A stretch of 20,509 nt of DNA, from the NCBI GenBank assembly GCA_038131935.1, contig JAYPQH010000007.1, positions 1-20,509 on the forward strand, in the 5' to 3' direction. Below are positions 9,717 to 18,824 of the stretch, piece by piece. How positions within the stretch are numbered: the stretch's first letter is position 1; the number at the start of each line of letters is the position of its first letter. The translations under genes were made by a program, and so were the position numbers. This DNA is from Alphaproteobacteria bacterium. Its GTDB lineage: Bacteria > Pseudomonadota > Alphaproteobacteria > UBA8317. A model generated the notes under the pieces. That model was given only the letters and a program-made list of their open reading frames with translations. It was not told the DNA's origin and ran no database searches.

Positions 9717-10864
9717 TTTGAATCAAGTCATTCAGACGTCTGAAGCAGACTTAAACGGAATTCCAGTGGATGAACACGGTAATATAGACCTCAAGCAGAT
9801 GAATGTCCTTAATGCGCGGGATTTACCGCCACGGATAGAGCCTGTGCCTTACATTGTGAAAGGAGTGCTTAACCAAAAAAGTATGGCGTATGTATATGCG
9901 CAGCCATCCACTGGCAAAACCTTCTTTACATTGGATTTGGCGTATCATGCTGCTGCAGGGCGTGTTTGGATGGGTAAGCGTGTAAATAGGACGAATGTAC
10001 TTTACTGCATTCAAGAGGGTGTGACGGGCTTTAAGAACAGAATGAAAGCCATCCAGGCGGAAAAGAACTTTGCTGATACAGATTTTTACTATCGGACAGA
10101 GCGTATCAATCTTATGAAGGATGCTGATACAAATGATATCATCAGGCAAGCCAGAGCTGTGCGAAACGGACGCCCTGTGCTGGTCATCATTGATACCCTG
10201 AGTCAGGCCCTTGCAGGCGAAGACGAGAACAGCAGTAAGCCTATGAGCAAGGTTGTTGGTGAATGTCAGCGTATCCAGCGTGAGGCAGAAGCAGCTGTGC
10301 TCCTTGTCCACCATACAGGCAAAGCTAAGGATAATAAGACAGTCAGAGGGCATTCAGCATTACGCGGGGGTACTGACACAGAGATCTTGTTGGAGCGCAC
10401 GAGTGAAAGCGAAGAAAATCTCATCGTTAAGGCGACAACAAAAAAAAGCAGCGTGATGGGCAAGAGGGGCGCTTTGTACATTCCAACTTGAGAAAGTGTA
10501 TATGGGGAATGATGCAGAGGGTGATCAAATTACGTCACGGATCATCAGGCAGGTAGAAGATACTTTTGACGGTGCGGGGTTTGCTGAAGTAGGCAAGGAT
10601 GAAGGGCCAGATTTTAAAAGTGATCATAAAAGAGCAATCTTCGAGTGCTTTCAGTTGCTCAGAAAGGAACTGGGTAAGAATGAGGTTCCTATTGAGCTGC
10701 TAAAGGAAGCGTATATCATTAAAAAGAAACCAACGAATGGCCGTCAGTTGTGGGCGCAAAATTTTAGAGAAATGCAAAATTCTCATTACCTTGCAGTTGT
10801 TGGAGCTAAGGACGTGAAAGAAGGAGATTGGCGTAAGTTTGCAAGCTTACGCTTAAGGGGCTGA
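9703..10864 (+). CDS. AAA_25 / RepA-like replicative helicase (one gene split by two frameshifts)
   Basis: Walker A AQPSTGKT, Walker B VIIDT, VHHTGK and RGHSAL. A shift in the A8 run at 10440-10447 restores KQRDG, and a second shift near 10494 joins ORF 10496..10864 (GNDAEGDQITS). The likely start is ATG 9703 with SD GGGGGA. Confidence 0.85.
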
Positions 10865-10893
10865 CACAGGAAAAAAACCAAGTCTATACAATG

Positions 10894-10946
10894 GTGTAAG
10901 TATGTAAGCGTAAGTACCCCCTTCTTTAGAAGGGGTACTACTTACA
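10894..10946. other. Putative replication origin: GTAAG iterons flanking a palindrome
   Basis: GTAAG occurs three times (gtGTAAG tatGTAAG cGTAAG), followed by TACCCCCTTCT-TT-AGAAGGGGTA and then inverted CTTAC, immediately after the helicase. Confidence 0.55.
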
Positions 10947-10999
10947 ACATGTTAGATGGCGCTTATTTATGCTTTGTGATGGCTATATAAAAGAGATAT

Positions 11000-11056
11000 G
11001 GGTCCTTCCACCATGTTCAACCGCGAGGTATTCGCAAGCGCGGCTTTCTCCTAGCG
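11000..11056 (+). other. Lambda-like cos-like packaging motif (cosQ/cosN-like)
   Basis: GGGTCCT (the lambda cosQ heptamer) at 11000-11006, then the dyad CCGCG-N13-CGCGG (11021-11043) followed by CTTTCTCCTAG, resembling lambda's CGCGGGTTTTCGCTA. Confidence 0.5.
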
Positions 11057-11070
11057 GTAGGATTACCTAT

Positions 11071-11210
11071 GAGTGGTCTGTTGGCTGGCAAAATACTGAA
11101 CTTGGTAAGCTCGTGAAAATAGGGTTCGTAGAAAGCTTCCATGGGTAAACACTTAGACGAATGCCTAGACAAAGCCCTTTTTTATATCACTCAGGCATGT
11201 CCTGTATAAA
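11071..11210 (+). pseudogene. Decayed IS3-family transposase C-terminal (integrase core) fragment
   Basis: Translates as VGWQNTELGKLVKIGFVESFHG/KHLDECLDKALF, resembling the IS3 consensus WHYIxPGKPxQNGFVESFNGRLRDECLNxxLF. Confidence 0.65.
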
Positions 11211-11323
11211 GGCTTGCCATTCAACAATCAGGCTTCTTCCAAACGAAGGCCTTTATGTTTGAGTGAGGGATGTTTGCTCTCTGGTCAGAGCTATTAGGTT
11301 TAATACAAAAAATTAAGTGCAGA

Positions 11324-11806
11324 TCAATCGATATCTATCGTCACAATTTCACCATTATCAAATACTACCTCGTCACAATTCTTACCATTCCCACCCCGAT
11401 CAATGATAACAAATTGTTGAGGCTTTATGACCAATAATGGGTGGTGCCAGACATTGCTGTGATAATTTACACCCTGTTTGCCGGTCGCCCAGAATGTACA
11501 CAGACTGATTCTGGTTTGGGCTCATTTCAATAACCACAAGCCAACGCATATTATCGATTGGATAAAAAGCTTGGTTACCTAAAGGATGCTTTCGAGCATC
11601 CCAATTTGAGCGGACGAGGCCTGCTTAGGAAAATGCTAAATTGCGCTTTTAGCATTTTCGCCACCTAGTTGGATATCAATGAGATTATGAACTCGGGTTG
11701 TGTATCCTGAATTAATCTCAAACTGCTCTGCCCCCTCGACTTGAATCACGTCCCCGAAAGGTGCAAACGCTTTTCTTGTTAACGCTTCAGGCTTAATTAT
11801 GCGCAT
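11324..11806 (-). CDS. allA: Ureidoglycolate lyase (frameshifted as written; absent from the ORF track)
   Basis: Manual translation gives MRIIKPEALTRKAFAPFGDVI...INSGYTTRVH, HPLGNQAFYP, QGVNYHSNVWHHPLL, FVIIDRGGNGKNCDE. The ATG overlaps the allantoicase stop (TGATG), the stop is at 11324-11326, and there are several indels between about 11500 and 11650. Confidence 0.88.
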
Positions 11807-12792
11807 CAGATCGACGTCCCAAAAATGCGAAGGCGTGAGATTCCACCATCTGGATAGGCGTTTAGTTTCACATGTGTCACCGGATCCTGAGAGGACACTT
11901 TGTAGGTATGTACGGAGTCGGCAGTCAGCGCTCGGTATGTCAACACCTCATCCCAAAACATCGCTTGGGTGACAATTGCATCCTTTCCTAGATTTGGCAT
12001 TTGAGCAGCCTGCAGAGAGCAGCCCTCCGGAAAATTACCCTTGAAGTGCGCAGTGTCGATTTCTATGCGTTCTATTATTCCAGGAATCCCCAGTTTCACA
12101 ATAATCCACTCGTTGCCTGGAACACGGCGACGGGCGGTTTCCCAACCATCGCCCATATTCAAACCACGACCTGGAGTCAGAATAACTTCTGGATTTCCAT
12201 AGTGCGCATCCGAGTAGGCGACGACTTTTCCACCAAGCTTGAGAGCAGATAACTCAAGTTGAGCTCCCTGCATAACCTCGTCAGCAACTGGCTGCCCATA
12301 TACTTTGAGCCTTGCAACCCCACCATCAGGATAAATGTTTAAACGAATCCAGCGAATTGGTTGATCGTGAGATTTTGCATTAAAAAAATAATGAGAATTC
12401 CCCTGAAGACTGACTTCATCTAACAAGTCAATCCAATGTTCGTCAGATGGTCGACCGACACTCGATGATCCTTGAATCGATGCACCTGGCGGATAGTTAC
12501 CTGTGAAATGTGCCGTATTGATATCAAAACCAGCGATCATTCCAGGGACTGCCAATTGAATCAGACACCAATCAAATCCCCCACTCCGGCGACGACGGGA
12601 TTCCCAACCATCCATGTATTGACCATTGGCATCAAAACGACCTTTATGGAACTCAGGCTCTGAATCAGAGAGCAACCTCTGTTTATCAGCAAAGAAATCA
12701 TCGCTGCAATCGACGGCAATTGCACCAAGCTTCGCGCTCGCGAGATTCACAGCGCTCAACGCGAACCTCGGTAGATTTGATTCAACACTCAT
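11806..12792 (-). CDS. alc: Allantoicase
   Basis: Two-fold internal repeat: SDDFFA...DGWESRRRR...TAHFTGNYP...NIYPDGGVARL and SDAHYG...GDGWETARRR...DTAHFKGNFP...YPDGGISRLR. Confidence 0.96.
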   Translation of the reverse strand: MSVESNLPRFALSAVNLASAKLGAIAVDCSDDFFADKQRLLSDSEPEFHKGRFDANGQYMDGWESRRRRSGGFDWCLIQLAVPGMIAGFDINTAHFTGNYPPGASIQGSSSVGRPSDEHWIDLLDEVSLQGNSHYFFNAKSHDQPIRWIRLNIYPDGGVARLKVYGQPVADEVMQGAQLELSALKLGGKVVAYSDAHYGNPEVILTPGRGLNMGDGWETARRRVPGNEWIIVKLGIPGIIERIEIDTAHFKGNFPEGCSLQAAQMPNLGKDAIVTQAMFWDEVLTYRALTADSVHTYKVSSQDPVTHVKLNAYPDGGISRLRIFGTSI

Positions 12793-13326
12793 CTGCTTTT
12801 CTCTCTAAACGTAATCGAGTGATCCGATGGACCTCTTCAAATGCTGTTTTAAATCTTTCCTCGCAAGAAGTATTCACTCTGAGACGAAATATTTCCAAAT
12901 ATCAGATCGGTGATAATCTTTCACCACAGATATAAATGGAAACCTAACATCAAAAATTAATTCTTAAAAATTCCGTAGCTCTTTAAGCGCAGCCGGTCAA
13001 GCCCGCGTTCGTCTGCTCTGAGTGGACGACTCGATAAGTTCAGCGAAACGCAGCTAGTCAGATAGAGCCGAGTTAAAAATAAAAAAGGATTGCATTAAAC
13101 TTATAGGGTGCCTGTGTAAACAATAGAGCTCATCTGTTTCGCGATCAAAAGCGGTTCATTATAAGATTTCAACGATTGATAAAGCGCCTCAGCAGCACAT
13201 GAATTGTGCTAATGGGGGTACAATGCAACGTTCCAACCTACTGGCCAAACGGCACTGTATTGGTGAACCGAATTTAGCTGTCTGGATTTCGGAGATATAG
13301 TAATCCCTATCATGACAGGTGAGCAG

Positions 13327-13446
13327 ATGAAGAAAAAGTCTCAACAAAAATATAGCCCCGAGTTCAGACTCGAGGTGGTAGCTCTAAATGTCGATCATTG
13401 CTTGAAAATCAGAGACATTAATAATGCAAGGTTTTATCGAGTTTGA
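13327..13446 (+). pseudogene. IS3-family transposase orfA N-terminal remnant
   Basis: MKKKSQQKYSPEFRLEVVALNVDH... matches the start of the HTH_Tnp_1 domain (KYSPEFRLE) and stops after 39 aa. Confidence 0.6.
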
Positions 13447-13536
13447 AAAGACCTACTGAATTTGTGGGATAGGTGAGAGCTAAAAAATATAAGCCCCTAA
13501 TGATAAAACATTAAATTTAATCCCTGTCGCTAAGAA

Positions 13537-14385
13537 TTACTCTAACTCGCCCAGCAGTTCGTGCTGGCGTTCGACCCGCTCCATATGCGCTCGCCCTGGT
13601 TTTCCAGAGTATAGAAAAGCTGTCACCGCAATAAGGCGTAGTAAACTGAGGCTTGCAGTTGCTGTATCAAAGACCAGAGGGCTGCGCGTTTCAACTTTAA
13701 AACACCAGTGGGCCAGAGCAGGTATACGCCGAGCTGTATTATCAGTAATTAGAAGCCTTTTGGTTTGGCAGGTTTTTGCTTGCTCCATAATCTGAGTTAG
13801 CTGCCTGAGTCGACGGCGCAATCCTATGCCGATAACCAGATCAGATTTGGTAAAGTCGGCGGTATATTCGCCGACTGTCTCGCCTGCTGCAGGAAGGGTG
13901 TAAACATCTCCTCGAAATTGGACAATCTGCCAGCGCAAATAAGCTGCTAGGAAATGACTATTTCTGAATCCCGCTATCCAAATACGCTTCGCAGCTATTA
14001 TGGCTAGCGCGGCATCATGAAGCTCAGTATAATTCAACTGTCCAAGACTATGTTTGAGTAGCTCAACCTCTTCTGATATATATTCTTTCAGCTCGACATG
14101 GTGCGACGAAGACTTGTTTTCAAGATAAAGTGGTGAGCCCCAGTTTTGACGATCACGCGACTGTTTGCGCGCCTCCTCATAAGATGAGTAACCTAGCTTC
14201 TGAAAGAAACGCGTACCTGAGGCTTTTGAAACTCCGGCAAGTATCGCCAACTCCGTAACGCTTCTTGAGCCAAGATCACCAGGTAGGCGCAGCACAGTTT
14301 CTGCAAGCTTCCTTTCAGAGTCAGACAAGTCCTCATAGTGCTCATGGATCCTTAATTCCACTGACTTCGGCCGGTGTGGTGCCAT
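13537..14385 (-). CDS. MurR/RpiR-family transcriptional regulator (HTH + SIS)
   Basis: LSDSERKLAE, ELAILAGVSKASGTRFFQKLGYSSY HTH and a SIS domain (RIWIAGFRNS, LLITD). It is divergent from the TRAP operon. Confidence 0.92.
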   Translation of the reverse strand: MAPHRPKSVELRIHEHYEDLSDSERKLAETVLRLPGDLGSRSVTELAILAGVSKASGTRFFQKLGYSSYEEARKQSRDRQNWGSPLYLENKSSSHHVELKEYISEEVELLKHSLGQLNYTELHDAALAIIAAKRIWIAGFRNSHFLAAYLRWQIVQFRGDVYTLPAAGETVGEYTADFTKSDLVIGIGLRRRLRQLTQIMEQAKTCQTKRLLITDNTARRIPALAHWCFKVETRSPLVFDTATASLSLLRLIAVTAFLYSGKPGRAHMERVERQHELLGELE

Positions 14386-14439
14386 ATTTTTCTCAGAAAA
14401 GGACTAACGCAAAGCTTATTGATATCACGCGAGTGATTA

Positions 14440-14567
14440 TGAAACAAATGTTTCAGTTTTAACAAACTTTAGACTTTATAAAATTTATACATTTCAATAG
14501 TTTTAAATTTTTAATGAAATATTTGTTAAATTATTATTGACTTTATGAAACAACAATTTCATAAATT
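14440..14567. promoter_or_regulatory. Divergent promoter region with TGAAAC-N4-GTTTCA-type operators
   Basis: TGAAACAAATGTTTCA (14440-14455, perfect 7-bp IR), TGAAATATTTGTTAAA (14515-14530) and TGAAACAACAATTTCA (14546-14561). The last lies just after a -35-like TTGACT (14538-14543). Confidence 0.7.
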
Positions 14568-14600
14568 TGAAACATAGGCCAATGTACATAGGTGTAACGA

Positions 14601-15147
14601 ATGCCCAGTACTACCCATCATGAAAACGCGCCAATTGCGCTAACTGCAATAAGGCTTAGCCGCGGACTTAATTGGTTTGTTGAGCGTCTCTGTGTTGCGC
14701 TACTGGTTATCCTTGTTTTGGATGTTTGGCTGGGTATCATGGCGCGCTACATTCTTCCTTGGCAGTTAACGTTCACAGAAGAACTGGCTCGTTATCTAAT
14801 GATCTGGGTGGCGCTGATTGCTGTTTCCTCCCGGAATCGCACACCGTGAGCATGTTGGCGTACTCATCATCTTCGAGCGCTTTCCTACCCTGACGCGGAA
14901 AATGGCTTACGCAGTCTTGTTTGATCTAATCGCATTAGTCTTCTTTGGAGTCATTTTGATCTATGGTATCGGAATGGTTGAGCGAGGCTTTAGTCGCTAC
15001 ACCATGATCAATGAGATCCCAAAAGCTTGGCCTTTTATGGGCGTTCCGATTGCAGCAGGTCTCGCTTGCATACAACTGATAATGGTAAGCGTCCATGACT
15101 TATTTGCCACGGACGTTTACGTTGCTAACTCGCAGATGGGGAGCTGA
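14601..15147 (+). CDS. dctQ: TRAP transporter small permease DctQ (one frameshift near 14830)
   Basis: IMARYIL...FTEELARYLMIW, followed in another frame by GIAHREHVGV and further TM helices. Confidence 0.88.
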
Positions 15148-15150
15148 AAT

Positions 15151-16429
15151 ATGTTTCTCGTTGCAATTACTTTCTTTGGTTTAATGGCGATTGGCATGCC
15201 AGTAGGTATTGTTATGGGTGTTGCGGGTATGGTGGGTATCTGGGACATGGGACCTAATTTTTGAAGATGGTCCCAGACCGTTTATTTGCTGGACTTGACC
15301 TCTTTCCCTTCTTTATGATGCCCTTCTTTATCCTTGCGGGTGAGGTAATGAATAAGTCTGGCATTACCGCAAATCTGGTAAGGTTCGCTGATGCGCTGGT
15401 CGGCTGGTTGCGTGGTGGGATGGCATGATTCCAACATGTTGGCATCTGTCATGTTTGCTGGAATCACAGGCGCAGCGACGGCGGATGCCGCGGCTTTCGG
15501 GAACACGCTTGTCCCGGCGATGGTGAAAAAGGGTACTCGCGCCCCTTCTGCCTGCGCGGTTACAGCAGCAGGCTCGATTATTAACCCACCATCCCACCCT
15601 CGACACTCGCTGTGATCTACGGATCGATTATGGGCGTCTCGATTGCTGGACTGTTTGCTGCGGGTATTCTGCCTGGGTTGCTGATATGTATCGTTTGTAT
15701 GGCGCTTATCGCCATCTTCGGCAAGCGCTGGAATCTGCCTAAAGGCGACACGCGTCCGAGCCTGATGGGTATCATTGCTGCGTTTCGTATGAGTATTCCT
15801 CGCTTTGATACTTCCAGTGTTTATTCCTCGGGTCAATACTCGGTGGCTTTGGTAACTCCAACGGAAGCAGCTTCCGTTGCGCTGGCGTACTCGCTGTTTA
15901 TCGCTGTGGTTGTTTATCGGTCAATTACCTGGAGTGACCTGTTTCATATGATGGTGCGCACTGCTCGCATCACTGGAGTAATCTTTTTGATTATCGCATC
16001 TGCTTCGATACTTGGCTGGTGGGATGACGTTTAATCAAACCTACAAGCAATTGCTGGCGATTTCTCTCGATCTCATCAAATCCTCAAGTGATCATTGGTC
16101 TAATCCTGATCTTACTGCTGTTCATCGGCTTGTTCATGGATATCAATGCCACCCTGATCATCCTTGCACCGGTACTGGCACCATTGACACTCAAGATTGG
16201 AATGGACCCGGTACATGCTGGAATCATGATCATTCTGGCACTTAATATCTCGTTAATGACGCCGCCTGTTGGCGCCTGCCTATTTGTTCTCGCCTCAGTA
16301 ACCCAAGAAAAAGTAGAGAACATTACGAAGAGTCTTTGGCCATTCCTGTTAGCAGAGCTTCTTGTACTAATTCTGATCGCATTCTGGCCAGACTTAACAC
16401 TCGCTATTCCGCGAATGTTTGGCATGTAA
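15151..16429 (+). CDS. dctM: TRAP transporter large permease DctM (multiple frameshifts)
   Basis: MPFFILAGEVMN, FAGITGAATADAAA, SIAGLFAAGILPGLL, TPTEAASV, GMDPVHAG and TPPVG are distributed across frames. Confidence 0.9.
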
Positions 16430-16473
16430 ACCTTAAACCCGCAAACCCCCCAAATACGATAGGAGATTCCCAA

Positions 16474-17508
16474 ATGACTATTTTCCATTCGATCAAAACT
16501 TTCGCCATCAGCGGTGTTGCAGCAGCAGCAATCTCGTTCCCAACAATGGCAGCTGATGTGACCATGCGATTGGCTCACCTGAATCCAGCTGACCCGTTTG
16601 TAAGTCACTCTGGAGCTATGACTGCCGTTTTCAAATCATTGGTTGAAACTGCCAGTGGCGGCTCCATCGAAGTTAAGCTTTTCCCGGACGGTCAGTTGGG
16701 AAAGGACAACGAGGTAATTCAGCAAGTTCGCGATGGACTCGTGCAATCAACAATTTCTTCCGCGGGGGTATTGCACAGCACTATCCTCTTGTAGGCGTAT
16801 TTGATATTCCTTTCGCTTTTCCCAACATAGCGGTATCCAATCGTGTGATAGATCTTCACAGTGACTTCGGTAAGAAGTTTGCTAGCGGTCTTGAGTCAGA
16901 AACTGGTCTGAAGGTTATGGGCCTATTGGATAGCGGTGGTTTCTTTGCGTTTACCAACTCAAAAAAGCCGATCACCAGCGTAGCGGATATGGACGGCCTT
17001 CGTATTCGTACAATGACGCTCCCTACCCACCAAGCGATGGTCAACTCACTGGGTGGTCAAGCTACTCCACTGCCTTGGCAGAGGTTTATACTGCACTTCA
17101 GACAGGTGTAGCAGATGGACAGATGAACCCTATTCCAATCATCGCTTTCGCAAAATTTGATGAGGTTCAGAAATACCTTCAATTACCAACCATGTGATAA
17201 CGCCTTACGTCTGACAATGAACAAAGAATTCTATGACAGCCTGACCCCAGAACAGCAGTATATTGTTGATTGGGCTGCTGAGGTTGCAGTTGAAACAGGT
17301 CGGGTATGTCTCGCGTAATCGAAGCTTCAGAGAACGGTTTACCAAAGCTCGCTGAAAAGATGGAAGTAAATGCATCCCCTGCAGAATTAGCTAAGTTTTT
17401 GCTGAAGTCGCACAGCCTGCTGTGTGTGCTCTAATTGAAGAGAAGTACGGTGAGGCGGGTATCGATATGCTCAATTCTATGCTGGCTGAAATAAAGAAAG
17501 CGATGTAA
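16474..17508 (+). CDS. dctP: TRAP substrate-binding protein DctP (multiple frameshifts)
   Basis: SD AGGAG, signal peptide MTIFHSIKTFAISGVAAAAISFPTMAA, LFPDGQLG, FDIPFAF, DMDGLRIRTM, GVADGQMNP, FDEVQKY. Confidence 0.9.
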
Positions 17509-17525
17509 TTTAGTGAAGAACTGCG

Positions 17526-17547
17526 GCGGGAGATGCCTTTCTCCCGC
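17526..17547 (+). other. Intercistronic hairpin after dctP
   Basis: 8-bp stem GCGGGAGA-tgcctt-TCTCCCGC with no U-tract; more likely an mRNA-stabilising or attenuating hairpin than a full terminator. Confidence 0.5.
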
Positions 17548-17582
17548 TCTCAAACACCCCGTTAACACCATTAGATGTTGGC

Positions 17583-18824
17583 ATGAAACAACTTTACCCC
17601 TACTTCCAACTAGATATACCCGTTGATTACGCGGTAAATCCATCGGCCGCATTTGAATCAATTGGCGCTGACAATGCCTTGAGCGTTGTGTCAGACAAAG
17701 CTAGAGAGGAAGCGTTCTTAGAAATTTGCTCGTGGAAAGGCTATGAGCCCACACCATTAAGGAGCCTTGGTGGACTAGCAGCTGCCTTAGACGTAACAAG
17801 CGTTGCCTATAAAGACGAGGCCTCACGGTTCGGATTAGGAAGCTTTAAAGCACTCGGTGGTGCCTATGCCGTTATGCAAGTTCTTAAAGAGCAGATCGCC
17901 AATCATTTTCCTGATATGAACATCAGTTTGTCAGATATACGAAATCATAAATTTGCAGAGCAGGTCGCAAAAGAGACAGTATGCTCTGCAACAGATGGCA
18001 ATCATGGACGTGCAGTCGCTTGGGGTGCGCAGCGTTTTGGCTGTCGTTGCGTAATATATGTGCACGAACGCGTTAGCCAAGGTCGTATTGATGCGATAGC
18101 TGCTTATGGCGCTGAGGTTCGTGTTGTAAAAGGCAACTACGACGATGCAGTTCGTGAAGCAGCCCGAGTTTCAGAAGCCGAGGGCTGGATAGTCGTTTCA
18201 GACACCTCCTACGAAGGTTGTGTAACCATTCCCCGCAATGTGCTAACTGATACACTGTGATGGTGACCGAGGCAATTAGTCAACATGAAGCTTTCTATGG
18301 CCGCCCTCCTACCCATGTCTTCGTGCAAGGAGGAGTAGGTGCATTAGCGGGTGCAGTGGCATCCACACTCTGGGATTACTACGGTGTTCAGCGGCCGATT
18401 TGTTGTGTTGTGGAACCCGACAAAGCAGCCTGTATGATGAAAACTGTTCGCCAAGGCAGTCCCGCCGTTGTAACTGGTGATCTGGATACCCTAATGGCTG
18501 GACTGGCTTTAGGTGAAGTCTCTCTAATCGCCTGGGACATACTGGAAAAGGCAGCAGACCACTTTATGGCAATTACGGATCAGTCTGCCGTTGAATGCAT
18601 GCGCTTATCTAGCTAATTCCCCGGTAATCCACCAATTGTGGGAGGTGAGTGCCGTCGCTGGTTTGGCTGATGTATACTCGCTTGTGCTGATGAAAATCTT
18701 GTAAAAGTACTGAAACTAACGTCCTGTAGCCGTATTCTTGTTTTTGGCACTGAGGGTGCAACTGATCCAGAGCTATACGCCGAACTCGTAGGTCGCCCTG
18801 CTTCTTGAGGTTTGTCCTGAATGA
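17583..18824 (+). CDS. dpaL: Diaminopropionate ammonia-lyase (PLP, fold type II; frameshifted, end approximate)
   Basis: YEPTPL, YKDEASRFGLGSFKALGGAYAV (PLP lysine), ATDGNHGRAVAWGA, VSDTSYEG, PTHVFVQGGVGALAG, MAGL and C-terminal VFGTEGATDPELY. Confidence 0.92.

Larger units (their letters stand above)
7842..11060 (+). mobile_element. tRNA-Ser-integrated satellite-like/genomic island backbone (ORF-alpA-primase-helicase-ori-cos-like); the island probably extends past the window end
   Basis: Abrupt change to AT-rich DNA at the tRNA end, arm-like repeats, AlpA, Toprim primase, AAA_25 helicase and palindromic ori-like site. I found no attR copy of the tRNA 3' end in the window. Confidence 0.8.

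Noticed and set aside
9823-10353. 176-aa antisense ORF inside the helicase
   Set aside because: It fully overlaps the AAA_25 core and has no family features.
10440-10447. A8 run as a programmed ribosomal frameshift in the helicase
   Set aside because: A second shift about 50 bp later is also needed and indels are widespread nearby, so sequencing error is more parsimonious.
11339-11389. Repeated CGTCACAATT...ACCATT as a regulatory or CRISPR-like repeat
   Set aside because: There are only two copies, both within the 3' coding region of allA, and no array or cas genes are present.
12985-13075. GC-richer patch in the alc-rpiR intergenic region as a possible ncRNA or group II intron end
   Set aside because: I could not build a convincing domain V or other stable structure by eye; an Rfam scan would be needed.
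13211-13225. AATGGGGGTACAATG as a distal arm-type site
   Set aside because: It is a single imperfect copy with no adjacent tRNA-end repeat or integrase.
16336-16473. N-terminal extension of the ORF-track 152-aa ORF
   Set aside because: It overlaps the end of dctM; the true DctP start is the ATG at 16474 with an SD and a signal peptide.
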